Assembly (NCBI GenBank): GCA_051362555.1
Contig: CM120642.1
Span: 15,500,001 to 15,564,000, forward strand
Length of the DNA stretch: 64,000 nt
From: Lingula anatina
Taxonomy: Eukaryota > Animalia > Brachiopoda
Direction of reading: 5' to 3'
This document shows, piece by piece, positions 25,570 to 38,210 of the stretch. Every line of letters starts with the position of its first letter. Position 1 is the first letter of the stretch. Made by a program: the position numbers and the translations under genes. The notes under the pieces are model-generated. The model worked only from the letters and a program-made list of their open reading frames with translations, did not search any database and had not been told where the DNA came from.

Positions 25570-26360
25570 ACCGATAACACGATAAGTGGAGTACCATTTT
25601 ACATTTTGTATTCAAATTTACAGAACTGCATGATGAATATTCAGAATACGCAGGTCAAGTTCGAAAATCAGCATGATCGGGCCATTTTTAGGGAAGTTAT
25701 GCTGTTTTTTCACTTTTTTTTAGCATTATTATAACACCGATAACACGATAAGTAAGAAACCTTTTTACTTTTTGGCTTGAAACTTATAAAAACGATGAAT
25801 ATTCATAATATGCAGGTCAAGTTTGAAAATCAGAACTATCAGGTCAAATTTATGGAAGTTATGCTGTTTTTTCACTTTTTTCAGCATATATGCAACACCT
25901 ATAACACAATAAGTGAAAAACCATTTTACCTTTTGGCTTGAAACTTACAGAATTGATGAATATACATAATACGCAGGTCAAGTTTGAAAATCAGAACTAT
26001 CAGGTCAAATTTATGGAAGTTATGCTGTTTTTTCACTTTTTTCAGCATATATGCAACACCTATAACACAATAAGTGAAAAACCATTTTACCTTTTGGCTT
26101 GAAACTTACAGAATTGATGAATATACATAATACGCAGGTCAAGTTCGAAAATCAGCATGATCGGGCCATTTTTAGGGAAGTTATGCTGATTTTTCACTTT
26201 TTTCAGCATATATGCAGCACTGATAACACAATATAAGAAAAAACAGATGGGCAAATTGTCATTTTACTCACAGGACTGGTCAATCTTACTAAAACGCAGG
26301 TTGAGTTCAAAAATCAGCATAATCTGGCCATTGTTTTAGAAGTTATGCTGTTTTTCACAT
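25570..26360 (+). repeat. ~161-bp tandem core repeat, about 4.5-5 copies
   Basis: GCAGGT motif recurs at 25650, 25812, 25973, 26134 and 26296. Confidence 0.9.
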
Positions 26361-26759
26361 TTCCTCAGATTCAATTCTTAGGCATGTTAACAGTCTCATT
26401 ATTGAACTAATAAGATAAGTAAAAGTGTTTGTTTGATATTTCCTGCATCTTTACAACATTGTTAGTTGATTATGTAAAAATGATGGTAAACTTGTTATCG
26501 TGTATCGTGTAATAAAGTGTCAAAAATGGAAATAAACTCATCATTGCAGTTTGTTAGATTCAATCATCCACTATGTTCAGAATTTCAGAATGGAGGGAAT
26601 TGGACATTTAACACTGTTCTATTGATATTTTTCCCATGTCATCAATTTTCTTAGTTGGTCATATAAAAATGGAAGTAAACTATTTATTTTGTTTTATGTT
26701 AAAAAAGTGTAAAAATGGAAATAAACCCTTTTCAGAACAGTGCTGTCTTATTTACATTT

Positions 26760-27830
26760 TGACATTTTCAAGATGTGACTTTGAAGTTCCATGGGCCTGA
26801 AGACCTTTGCTAGTCACATTTTCTGAATATCCATGATACTATAATTTTATAATTAAAAATTGATGGTCATTATGCTGTTAAACATTATGTAATATTGCAT
26901 CAAAATTTGAAGAAACCCCTATTTTGGGCACTGCTCTCATGATGACCATTTAAGGAAAATCATGTCACTTACTGTTCTCAAACTTACAGGAAAGAATTAT
27001 GGGACTAACATACAGCTTCAGTAGGAAATGCAGTCTGTTTGGTAATTTTTTCTGGCAGTTAAACAGTTTTTTTGTGATATTTTAATTTTTCACATGTTGG
27101 CATTTTCAAGGTGTGACTTTGAAGTTCCAGGATCCTGAAGGCCTAATTTGCTTGTCACTTTTTCTAAAAATCCATGACACATACATTTTATTGTTAAAAT
27201 TTGATGGTCATTATGCTGTTCAGCATTATGAAATGTTGCATCAAAATAGAAGAAAACACAATTTTTGGTGCTGCTGCCATGATGCATGACCATTATGGGA
27301 AAAACCGTGTTACTTATGATTGTCAAACTTCCAAAAAAGAAACACAGGACTAAAATGCAACCTGAGTTGGAAAAGCAGTCTAATTGGCTTCTTTTTCTGG
27401 AAGTTATACCTTTTAATGAAATATTCATTTTTTTTTTTTGGCATATTCATTGTGGGACTCGGAGCTCCCATGGACATGAAGCCGAATGGTTATCAAATTT
27501 TCTACATGTCCGTGCTGTATATAGTCAATAATCAAAAATTGGTGAAAATTATTCTATAATTTATTATGTAATGTTACATCAAAATTGACAATAATCTTTT
27601 TTTGCACTGCTACTACAAACATTATGAAAAGAAAACTGTTACTTATTATTATATTTAACTTATAAGTATGATTTTTAGGATTGGCATGCAGTTCAAATTA
27701 GAAAGCCAGCTCAATTGGGTTATCATTTATTATTGAATTTTATGCAACTTTGTGTGAAATTTTCATTTTTCTCATTCTGGCACTTTCTAAGTATAAACTT
27801 GAACTCTGATGGGCCTGAAGCCTTATGCTT
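26760..27830 (+). repeat. Diverged ~340-bp tandem repeat inside element C
   Basis: The motif CATTTTCAAG..GTGACTTTGAA..CCATGGGCCTGAAG recurs at ~26763, ~27101, ~27443 and ~27781. Confidence 0.7.
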
Positions 27831-28181
27831 TTACTTTCATCAGTGTTACCTGTTGTGCAAAATTAAAATTTGATGTTGACTGTGCAGTTAAACATAATGT
27901 ATTATTGCATCAGAATTGGTAGTCTCCTATTTTGCGCATTATTGTTTTGTGCTTTTCTTAAGTTGTGACTTAATTATGGGCCTGAAAGACCTTTGAGAGG
28001 GTCAGTCTAAATTTCCCTTGGGTATCACCTAGCTAATTTCAGTGCTATAAACTCATTTGCCTAATTAATTGACCATTAAATGAGATTTGATAAAGCACAC
28101 TTGTTGATATTTCCCTGTAAACTGCCAAAGGTTAAGCTTTCTGCTAGATATATAATAAGGAAGCAGTGATAATTATGCAGG

Positions 28182-28228
<47 letters not shown>

Positions 28229-28274
28229 AACTCGAAGATTAAAAGTTTGAATAGCAGCTTCATTGGAATTATTT

Positions 28275-28504
28275 TTACCTCAGGCTCTGCCAAGGAGGTT
28301 ATATTTTCACCCCTGTTTGTCTGTCATCAACATAACTCAAAAGTTATGGAACGATTTTGTTGAAATTTTCAGGAACTGTCAGAGAAGTGGTCCAAAGAGG
28401 ACAATGATTAGTTTTTAGTGGTGGTCTGGCTCAATAATCAATAATAATCAACAATTGTTGCCTTGGCAGCTAGAGGTCTGCACTCTCGGAGTGCTTTTCT
28501 AGTT
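28275..28504 (+). mobile_element. Short second-family HINE/Helitron-N-type element nested in copy C
   Basis: 5' ACCTC..CTGCCAAGGAGGT, TGTTTGTCTGTC microsatellite, 3' CCTTGGCAG..GAGGT, hairpin GCACTC-TCG-GAGTGC and TTTTCTAG; absent at the homologous site in copy B (~24110). Confidence 0.75.
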
Positions 28505-28736
28505 TTGTCATTTTTTCCTTAATAATTTTTTTTCAAACACTTGCATTTGTGACTTTAGCTCTCATCTGCCTGAGGCTCTGCACATTTTCTGTATTTCCAC
28601 ATATGCAGTTGTATTGTTTTTTATGTCTTTAAATATTATGTAATATTATTTTATGCACTGTCATCATTTTTCAAATATTGAGACTTTCCTCATGTGTCTT
28701 TGGTCTCTCATGGTCCTGAAACTGTAATCTTATTGA

Positions 28737-28896
28737 AGGGGTGGATTGAGACCATCTTCTGGGTCTTCCGGAAGACAGTCAGGTTATTAAGTTAATATTG
28801 ACTGCTTTTTTTTCTGTTGGAAGACCATCAAAATGGAGGATGGATCAACATAGATATTTGGAATACGGTCAGAAAATATCTCAGGGTCCGCTCCTG
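28737..28896. mobile_element. Small MITE with target-site duplication
   Basis: Termini AGGGGTGGA...TCCGCTCCTG flanked by the direct repeat TTATTGA (28730-28736 and 28897-28903); empty site in copy B at ~24350. Confidence 0.65.
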
Positions 28897-29745
28897 TTAT
28901 TGACCATGTTATCTGTTGTGCATGATTAAAATTCAGTGTTGACTGACACTCATCTGTGCTATTATAAGCATTATTTATTATTGCATCAGAATTGACAAAA
29001 TGACCTTTTTTGCATCTTTATTTTCTGTTTTTTGTCTGTACATTTGACAGCTTTGCTGCCTTGTTCAGACTTTCCCATTACATCATGTTATTAATTTATT
29101 AAGAGAAAAAAATTCCTGATAAAGATAGCAACTTTTGGTTGAAGTGAAGGTATTGAAAATACTCAGGCACTGCGTAGCACATTGTCTTTTCCTGCCCTCA
29201 AGAGATACTATGCAGATGTTTCACATTCAGGAAGTAACGTCTCCGTCTCTCTCTCTCTCTCTCTGTGCGTGTGTGTGTGTGCGTGTGTGTGTGTGTGTGT
29301 GTGTAAAACCGTGTGGCCTGAGATGACATATCACTCTTGGCTTTAGACAGCATATGGCAGCCACCTTGTGACCTAAGATGGCACGTCTGCATGCTTGAGA
29401 CTGTTGCTTCTCCCGATAACATGTGGATCACAACGTCGTCGGTGCGTTCAAATTAACTAGAAATTAACTGGTAATCGCTAAATAAATTGGGTACTGGGAC
29501 ATCACACAGGAGGTCAGTAAACTACAGTGTCGTAATCGTAGTGTATCTGTTTGTCATCCTTGCTTGTAAATCACTAAATGGCAATGACATCAACTTGTGC
29601 CACACGTGTGCCACACAACTTGTACTAGCAAGATATGCAAGGAGTTACCAGTGTGTAATTGATGTAATATTGATGCAACAAATTAAGTGCATGAAAATAT
29701 TTGCATAGAAGGCTTGATAACTATATCATATTCTTTATTGTCAGA

Positions 29746-32404
29746 ATGACCAGTAATATAGAATCAGAACTCCTCCAGGAGCAGCTTTTGCAGAGACTGG
29801 GCAACTATGGTAAGCACAGGACATGGTATTCTAGGTTGTCATGATCTATTGTAAAGTGTTTCAGACACTATCTAAAATACATGTATGTACTGTATTTACT
29901 TGTTCTTTTTTCTACCCATTCAACTAGATGGTATTTTGGTATTTTGAGAAGTCTCAATAACATCAGTGCTTTGAAGCTGATGATGTATTGTGAAGACATA
30001 GATCACTTTCCCAGTGAACCTTTCTATGTACATTGATTCAATTCCTACTGAATGCAGTCAGATTAACTTAATAAAATGCCTCTTCGAGCAGCTAGGGGTA
30101 GATAACTGCTTGGGGAGGCATTTGTCATTCATTTCATCTGTTTGCATGATTTGAGGTTCCCTGGGGAATTGGATTGATCTACCTAGAACTATAGTTCATT
30201 GGGAACACACCCATAGGTTCTAAACAAAAATCACAATGGAAACAGTTATATTTACTTTAGTTTTTTTTTTTGTAGGTAAATCATATGCTTTGGATCTTAA
30301 GTTCTGTGTACATTATAACTTTATTTTACAATAGTTTATAGATGATGCATTAATTACTGAGTAACTTGATAAAATACCTTGTTTTTAACCATCTGACCTG
30401 ATTTCATTTCTCAAAACTTTGTCCTCTGATAAGGATTATTCAAATTATAAAATTAATGCTCTATAAATATTTCAGCTGACAGTCTGTTAGATGAAGAGGA
30501 CTATCAGAAGAGGTTAAAGAAAGCAAAGAGAAAGGGAAAATCAGCTGTAACTTCATGCAAAAAAATATCCTCAGATCTTGAAAACTCTGAAAAATCAAAT
30601 GGCAGAGATAGCAGTTTGAGACAGTTAAAAAACAAAAAGAAAAAAGAAAAAAACAAGGACATGGGAAATAAATCAGAGGGTATAACAAACAGGACAGAAA
30701 ATGATATTTCAGAAAAGAGAAAAATTAAAAGGAAACTGATAGGCCAAAAGAGACACCTCTCAGACCTGAAAGAAGAACTTGGCTTAGATGGTTCCAGTTT
30801 TAGAACGAACAATAATGAACAGGAAAGTAAGCTGAATGTGTCTACCAACAGTGTAGAAAAGAACCATAGATCTCCTGAAGTCATTGTATTTGAAGATCCT
30901 GCAAAGAGAAAGGATAATATGAAGGTGAGGACATTGGTGTTGTGGTTTTTGAGGAGATGCTTTAAAATTGTTTTTTTTTCATGATATTATCATTTACCTG
31001 TGTACATTCATGAAGTTGGCAAGATATTTAGACGGGGTTGTCTTCTTTATGTTTTATAATTTATCCTTTTTTTTAAATTAATGTTTTTTTTTCTTTTTTT
31101 ACGGCTTTTGGTTGAAAAAAATTCAATATCTCTAATTTGGTTACTTACAGTAAGTTTGTATGATGGAGATCTTTGAAAAAGCCTTTTCATGTTTAGTAGA
31201 TCTTAGATGCCTGCAGGTATTTTAAACAATTAAGTGAAGTTCAATACTTCAGACAACATCAAAACAGAATTTCAAAAATGTATTGTTGAGTTCCTTGTCA
31301 AAATAAACATCCACCTTATGAATATAAAACTGTCCATTTCACCTTTCAGGTCAAGTCATTAATATCTGGGCCTGGGCCCTCACTGTCCAGTGTGCCACAG
31401 TCAGCTGTAGGGTCCAGTGGGCTGGAGTTTAGTCTGAGGAAAGCAAGATGGGATGTGCTCAAATTTGGGATCACAGGTTTTGACAAGTCTAAGAAAGAGG
31501 AGGCCCAAGTTGCACTTGCCATTAAACTTGGGGCTAAAGTGAGTGTTTTATTAGAGGTATATAGTATATGGATCTTTTATATGTTTTTAGTTGATGGGAT
31601 TTTTTTGTACATCTTTGAATTGAGAAGTGCACTTATTCATACTGTCAGTTGTGCAATTATTAGTTCTGAAGCAACTTTCTTTACAGCCTAAGAAAAACAA
31701 GTGTGTGAATTACAAGAGCCTTCAAGAGACAAAGAAGACAGAAAGAGATGCCGAAGAGAAGAAGAGGGAACAGGTAATACTATAATAAATAATATGATTT
31801 AGCAAATACTTACTAGTTGTTACCCTCAATAAAATATGTTTATAGTAACTGCTGTTAGTGATTGGTCAAGAAAAATCTCCAGAAATCTTTAGTACGGCAT
31901 GATAAGGTTCTAAATATTCCAAACAAATTTAAAGTAACTTTTACTTGTTTCTAGGAGCAGCAGCTTGGAGTTGCAAAGAAGCAGAAAAGAGATGCAAAGA
32001 AAAGGTAAATATGTCATGATTTTTTTATGATGACAATTCGAAGGCAGAAAAAAATGCTTGAACCCACTTAAAAATGTGGTAATGTTTCTTCTTGCATCTC
32101 TATTTTAGGCATCAGTCGACTTAACTAGTACAGTCACTGCATCTTAAGCCATGCACTGTGTCCACTATTTCCATGTCCTTTTCTTTATAGGTGCAAGAGT
32201 TGACATTATTTCAAAATCATAAAATAAATGTGAAAATTATCATTTTTGTAGAATTTATTTTCCCTCAATTTTAGGAAACGTGACAGAGATGACATAGGTT
32301 TTGTTGATGGTCAACTGGGAAGATTCAAGGGTGGAGTACAGGTTCTCAAGAAAACGGACATTGACAGGATCAAAGCAACAAAGGTCGCCAAAAAAAGGAA
32401 GTGA
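29746..32404 (+). CDS. C1orf131: C1orf131/FSAF1-like (DUF4602) small-subunit processome factor, ~322 aa, 6 coding exons
   Basis: Exons 29746-29809, 30476-30924, 31350-31538, 31687-31773, 31955-32004, 32275-32404, all GT-AG and in frame (969 nt). Lys-rich; motifs PEVIVFEDP, KARWDVLKFGITG, LAIKLGAKPKKNKCVNYK, GQLGRFKGG. Likely non-coding first exon ending at 29470; AATAAA at ~32649. Confidence 0.85.
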
Positions 32405-33725
32405 TAAATGGGACTCTAGTCATTTGATTTGTTGATCTGCTAATGGCAATGTAATACACCCCAAGGTCTTTGTTACAATCAGATTTATATGACAGTGCAG
32501 GAGTGTTGAACTTCATAATATTTTTCAGCAAAACTAAGCAACATTTTGTGAGAGACTGATCAGCAGTAATTTTCTGTCCATCTTTATGATGGGAGAACAC
32601 AGCATGATTTTAAATCATAAGAGGGATTTTTTTTTTGTAAATATTGTAAATAAAGAAATTCAAAATGCAATTCTTCGTGTTTTTATGCATTTAAAATTTC
32701 CATGCCCAGTTATATGTCATTATATGAAATTTTTGCTTAAATGGCTTCACAGGTAGAATGCAGTACATCTACAGTAGGTTATTTGGTTTGACATTGAATG
32801 TTTAGTTACAATTCGATGTTTTACAGTGAAGAAAATTACAGTTAGTATGGTGTCACAGTCAGTTTGTGGGATTTTAGACTAATTGTTGCTTTTGAGCTTT
32901 CTGGGGTCTTTAGCAAGTCTTATTTAAGCACAATTTTCCTTTAATCAACTTCCAAAATACTGTTTTTGGATGTTTTAAGGATTTTTTATTCACTTTATAA
33001 TTTATTTTCTGAAGAGGGTTATTGAGGGATGACGAAGATTTCTAATTTTCTAAAAATGAAAACATGGCACAATTATGGTTCAGATCTTTATTTCTTAAAG
33101 CTTATCAATTTATATACATCACTTACACTATTTACAGATTTTTGAACATTATAATGAAGGAGTTATTGCAATAATGATATGATAGATGATCAATCATATA
33201 TTTGACATAATCTTAATGTTGTGGATGCTAAATTATCACTCTGGTATAATAATAGGAATGCCCATGCACCTCTGTCTTGTTTATGAAACATACTTGAGGC
33301 ATTGGTTTATCTTACTATAAAAATATAAACTGAATAAAGTGTGTGAAGAAAAGTCAATCAACAAATACTGCTTCTATTAGCACCTCAATTAATGGAATTT
33401 CATGATTTCTACTTCCCAACATGCAGATTTATTGCTCACATGATGTTTGTTAAGGTTTGATATTTTACCCATTGCCTCTAATTTCTTAAATATGTTTGTC
33501 TTTAAGTTGTGAATAAAAGCCTCACTTTGCTACAGGACATATACAATTTTGATGAACAGAGCATGGCACTTTAACAAGAACTTCACATATAAAAAGTAAC
33601 ACCAAGGTGTAATGTGGACAAGTGCCCTCCAACTATCACCATTTAAATGCAATAGCTCTGTCCCCTATTCATATCTCCCATGGCTGCCAATTTTTACAAA
33701 TTTTAATTGGATCAACAGTGTCCCA

Positions 33726-36700
33726 CTAACTAGACAACATAGTGGGGTGTTTACCCACTCTCCCTTTGTGCATAAGGATGGAGGTTTCCCATCTGCTAAT
33801 TCCAGGCATGGCTGGCAAAGGAGACTCTCCCTCTGGGACTGTGCTAACACTGGGGAGAGGATAGAAATCCTGGACCTGCTTTTTACGCGTCTTCAGTTTT
33901 GCCACTCTAGCTCTTGCTTCCATTATACGCTCATTTGTCTCCTGGAGTATCTTTGTGTCAAGAGTTGTGCGAGCCATGGTCGATTCAGTTTGACGCATCA
34001 ACTTTCTGTGTTCAAGGTATTTATCAACCAATTCTTGTTTGTTTCTCTCTTGTTCATTTGTAGTGTGAACGGCTTCTGCATTCTCGGTTAGCGTGTCTTC
34101 TTTCTTGGCTTGTCTGTCATGCCTCATCAGAGCATTGGAAACAGAGGTGTGTTGTGTGTTAAAATCTGAGACAAAAGTAAGCTCAGCATTTCTTCCTTTT
34201 GAAAACGTGGTCGTCTTATTCCGCCTTTCATGTGTTTTGTCAATATAATTGAGATATTGCAGCTCCCTCCTTTCCATCAACTCAATCATTTTCATGTGGT
34301 CTTTTTCTCTCTGTTTTAAAGCATTAGCTCTTTTTTCCTCGTGATACATGCGCACGCGCTCCTTGGCATGTTCTTTAGTCTCCCGCATGCTCAAGATGTT
34401 TTCCATTTTAAGTGCCATTTTTTCTGCACGCTCCCGATCTTTGTATGCCTGCTGTACCGCATGTAAACAAGACAAACCCATAGTGCCTTGCATTCTCATG
34501 AAGCCATGCCTGTCTTTATTTAGGGTCTGTCTGGGCGTAACCTTGGGTCTGGGCATATTTTCTAGCTGCTTGTGAATATCTGCTTCTCCTACTCGTACAT
34601 CTCTTCCTGCTTCCTTACGAGATAAGATGACCTCGGCCAGTGGATCTACTTCATGGATTTTCTGAGGCAGGCCTCTCAAACGGAAAGCTGTCACTGGTAT
34701 TTCTTCCTCCTCCTCCTCTTCCTTCACCGGAGGTTCTGGTGTGACTGTCGACTGAACAACTGGTCCAAAGAACTGTTTAACAGACTTCACCACTTTCTTT
34801 GGTTTTTCGTCTTCTTCTTTCTTTTTACGTTTCTTCTTCTTTAAATCGGTCTCTGATCTGACCATCCCCAGCTGTGTGCCATCTCTTGCTGATAAAATGA
34901 CCTCAACAGCAGTGGTTTCATCTTGGAGGTTCTGAAGAGTTCCTGTCTGCAGTTTTGATAGGTTGATGTGGAGGCTTCTTTTCTTTTTACTTGCACTGGA
35001 TGAGCCTTCTGATCTTTTCTCAACAATGGCTGGCTCAGGTGATGTGGGTTTCTGTAGAATACAATGGGAAACAGGTTGATTAACTTGGTTTCAACTGATG
35101 TTTTAATCTTATAAGATTGTATATAAAAAACTTGAAAATGAAAAAGCCCTCTTAGTCACCTTTACCCAATCGAAACAGAAATTACACATCAGAGTATAAA
35201 GCTTACTTTAACTCCATGAAACTGATAAATCAATATCCATATAAAAGACAGTAACCCACTGAATTCACAACCAGACTTAACATAATTAGACACGCTCTAC
35301 CACAATAGTTCTGCAGCGTTGAAGAAATTTGGCATTTAACTTCTGATCATTCAGCTTATGAAAATGAGAAATAAATATTTGATTATCAACATTACCTGTG
35401 CTGCTGCCACAGCTGTGATTTCACTGAGAGCTGTGGTGGAGCCAGGTCTCCTGTTCTTCATGTACTCATCATACTCCACCCTTATCTCCACAGACTGCGG
35501 CCTGCTGGGAGGTATGGAAGCACTTGGAGGTTTATCAAAGATGGGGGAAGGAGAAGGTGGAGGGGGAAGGCGATAGTTCTCTTTAGAGTATTGTGGAAGT
35601 CCCTTGTAGTTCCTGTAGAAACGTTGGATTGAGACTGCTCCCCTAAAATGACATGACCAGCATAAGTTTTCATCCAGTCTGTTATATAACTTGACCTGGT
35701 TAAGAATTACGTTTTTTTAGATTTTATAGCAAAATTATTGACATTCAACTGGAGCTCAAACTTTGACACGCACATGCTCGATTTGTACAGTAACTGTGAC
35801 AACTGAGTTGTGTGCCTTGTTTAAATCAAAAGATAATCTTAACATCAAAAATGCACCAGTCCTTACCATACTCTCGTGTCTTGTATCAGCCTATATCTCT
35901 TTCTAGTGAGATATCCCCTGATCATCTTCTGTGCAATCAACACTGGGGAGTAATGGGCAAGAACCCTGTTCAGATCTGACAGGAGGCTTTTTATTGATGC
36001 CACCTCATCTCTATATGAGCTATCCTATTACAAAAAAAAAAAAAAATAATAATAATAATAAAAAAACTTAGTTCCTCATAAAATAATAATTGGATTAGAT
36101 TTAATAAATTTCATCAAAGTAATAATATTCAAATACTAAAAAGTATCAATTTCAAACATTAAATTTATAAAATATGAAAAATTAATGTAATGTTGGCAAT
36201 CTACATGAAATAAAGCATTTAGTTTCAACGTAATTAAGAGTTAATTTAGCATGCCTTAACATGTGAGTTAAACTCTACAATTACCTTTGCCAGTGGCCTC
36301 CACAGGTCAATCCTGAATGCAGGAGACATGCTTGCAAACCGTCCACCAAACACTGCATCTTCAATAATCTCTTCATCAGAAATCACATAATAATCCAATG
36401 CCTTCAGGTTCCACAGGCTGTTGACTACGTGATGTCGGTAGTTCTTCTTCAGGCTAAGAGGGGTGTCATACAGTGTCAGGGCCTGAAGGTTTGGACAGCC
36501 TGCTAGGTGCTGCAGGTTGTCTATCCTGCCAATAGGGTTATCGTGAAGATACAGCAGCTTCAGTTTGCGGAGACAGGACCAGAATGCACTACCAGGCAGT
36601 GTGCTAAGCTTTATATATATAAAAAACAACTTGTTAAACATAGAAGTGGGATATGGAAGTTTTATGATTAAAATAATTTTGAGCTATTTATTAATAAAAA

Positions 36701-37342
36701 TATTCATGTGTATTCTTGATCACTTGAATATTATTTTATAATGAAATTTATCACAAATTAGTGTTACTCTCACTGTAAATTAACTCAAGTCTGAGAAATT
36801 CATTCAAGATGATACTTGCCAGCCTGTAGTATAATATAATATAGACATATCACTGCCTTTGATAAGAGAACTTCTCAAGAAATAATCCAGGTATTGAACT
36901 AATGAGCCTCTTCTGTTTAGTAAACAAGGGAAATAAGGATATTGATATAAATTCAAATATTCTACTTTACCTGATTATTGTGCAAGTCCAGCTTAATGAG
37001 TTCCTTACATGCTGCTAAATCTTCAAGTTTATGAATGAAATTTGAGTTCAAAACCAGAACTCTAAGTCTTGTGCATTGTCCAATATCTCCTAAACTTCTT
37101 AAATGCAGGCCTGGTAGTTTGATATATTTGATTCTGACTAGTTTTTTATTCTCCTCTTTATCCTGTTTATCACAAAATGTTTGCAGTAGAAATGTTTTGT
37201 TGGGAACAAAAAAATATCCATGTTCCTCTGCTTCTCTTATTGCCTCTCTCTCTCGCTGAAGCTGATATTTTGATGTTTGAACTACTTTAGGGGTCACTTC
37301 CCCCATCCGAGAGAAGCGAGACCAGTCCGGGATGCTAACCAT
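33726..37342 (-). CDS. LRRIQ3: Leucine-rich repeat and IQ domain-containing protein 3, ~808 aa, 5 coding exons
   Basis: Exons 37342-36971, 36608-36285, 36024-35867, 35642-35396, 35051-33726 join in frame (2427 nt). N-terminal LRRs (LIKLDLHNNQ, LKLLYLHDN, YRHHVVNSLWNLKALD), IQ motifs SPVLIAQKMIRGYLTRK and AVSIQRFYRNYK, coiled-coil C-terminus. Confidence 0.88.
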
Positions 37343-37959
37343 GATGAGTTCTGTTTTTTAAAGTGATTTCAGCTACAAATAGAATAAATACTTGTTAATA
37401 AAGAAATCAAACAAGATGTAACAGTTTTTGCCTCGGGTTTCGGCCATACAGGCCATACAGGCCATACATACAGCTCTAAGCATGCCTAGCATGTGAGTCC
37501 AAAAACTGAGGCAACAATTGTATAGGCATTTTCTTACGATAGTTAGCTGCTGTTCGGACCCTTTAGTGTGATACTAATAAACTGATTCAATCATACAAGT
37601 TATTGCAATGATCTGCGTTATCATCTAAAAATCCATAGACCCTTCAGTAACTCCTTTACAAAACGCACAAAATGCTGAAACAAACCATTGCCCATGTCAT
37701 CGGCCTTACAGGGATTATTATACATACAGTATCGAAAAAAAAAACCTGAGGCAAAAGCAGCTCCAGTTAGCAAAAAGACTAGTTATACCATTTACGAAAC
37801 CAGTTGAAAGTGAACATAAATTCAACATTTAGCCACTTAAATCATGTCGTTGTTGTAGTTGTCTGAATGGTTGATTACATCTAAAATCAAGTCTTCTGCA
37901 TTATGAAACTTACTTTTTCTTCACATATCCTTTTTCACTGACCCTTTTTGGAAAGGCTT

Positions 37960-38210
37960 CTGTCCGCCATATTGTAAACCATGTATGTTGTCATTGGTAA
38001 CACAAGATGGACTATTGTTTTGTCGTGAGCAGTATCATTACAATCATACTGTAAGGATTTTATAACAAATTTTAGTTTAATTGCTTTCAAAAATATAGAT
38101 TTCATTTTATGGAAGCATAAAACGAGACAAACCGTGCATCACCAGTTGAGTATTAGGCTATCTTGTAACGCCACCTAGCCCATTTCGTAAAAAATGGCGG
38201 CGCCTATGAA
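37960..38210. promoter_or_regulatory. Bidirectional promoter shared by LRRIQ3 and OGG1
   Basis: Head-to-head genes; YY1-like ATGGCGG motifs pointing outward on each side (~37964-37973 minus, ~38191-38200 plus); RFX X-box-like GTTGTC-ATT-GGTAAC at 37987-38001. Confidence 0.55.

Larger units (their letters stand above)
25485..29065 (+). mobile_element. Helentron/HINE-like non-autonomous element, copy C (apparently complete, ~3.6 kb)
   Basis: 5' 14-bp-stem palindrome TATGTACAGACACA-GA-TGTGTCTGTACATA (25485-25514), GTC/GTT microsatellite, internal tandem repeats, then 3' subTIR TGTCTGTACAT, CAGC-TTT-GCTG stem-loop and TTGTT. This is the established layout of DINE-1/HINE-type elements. Confidence 0.72.

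Noticed and set aside
33612-35576. Plus-strand ORFs overlapping LRRIQ3
   Set aside because: Antisense shadows of real coding exons.
37426-37755. Short inverted repeats TTTTGCCTC(G/A)GGTTTT in the LRRIQ3 5' UTR intron
   Set aside because: Probably a degraded MITE; too short and degenerate to support a call.
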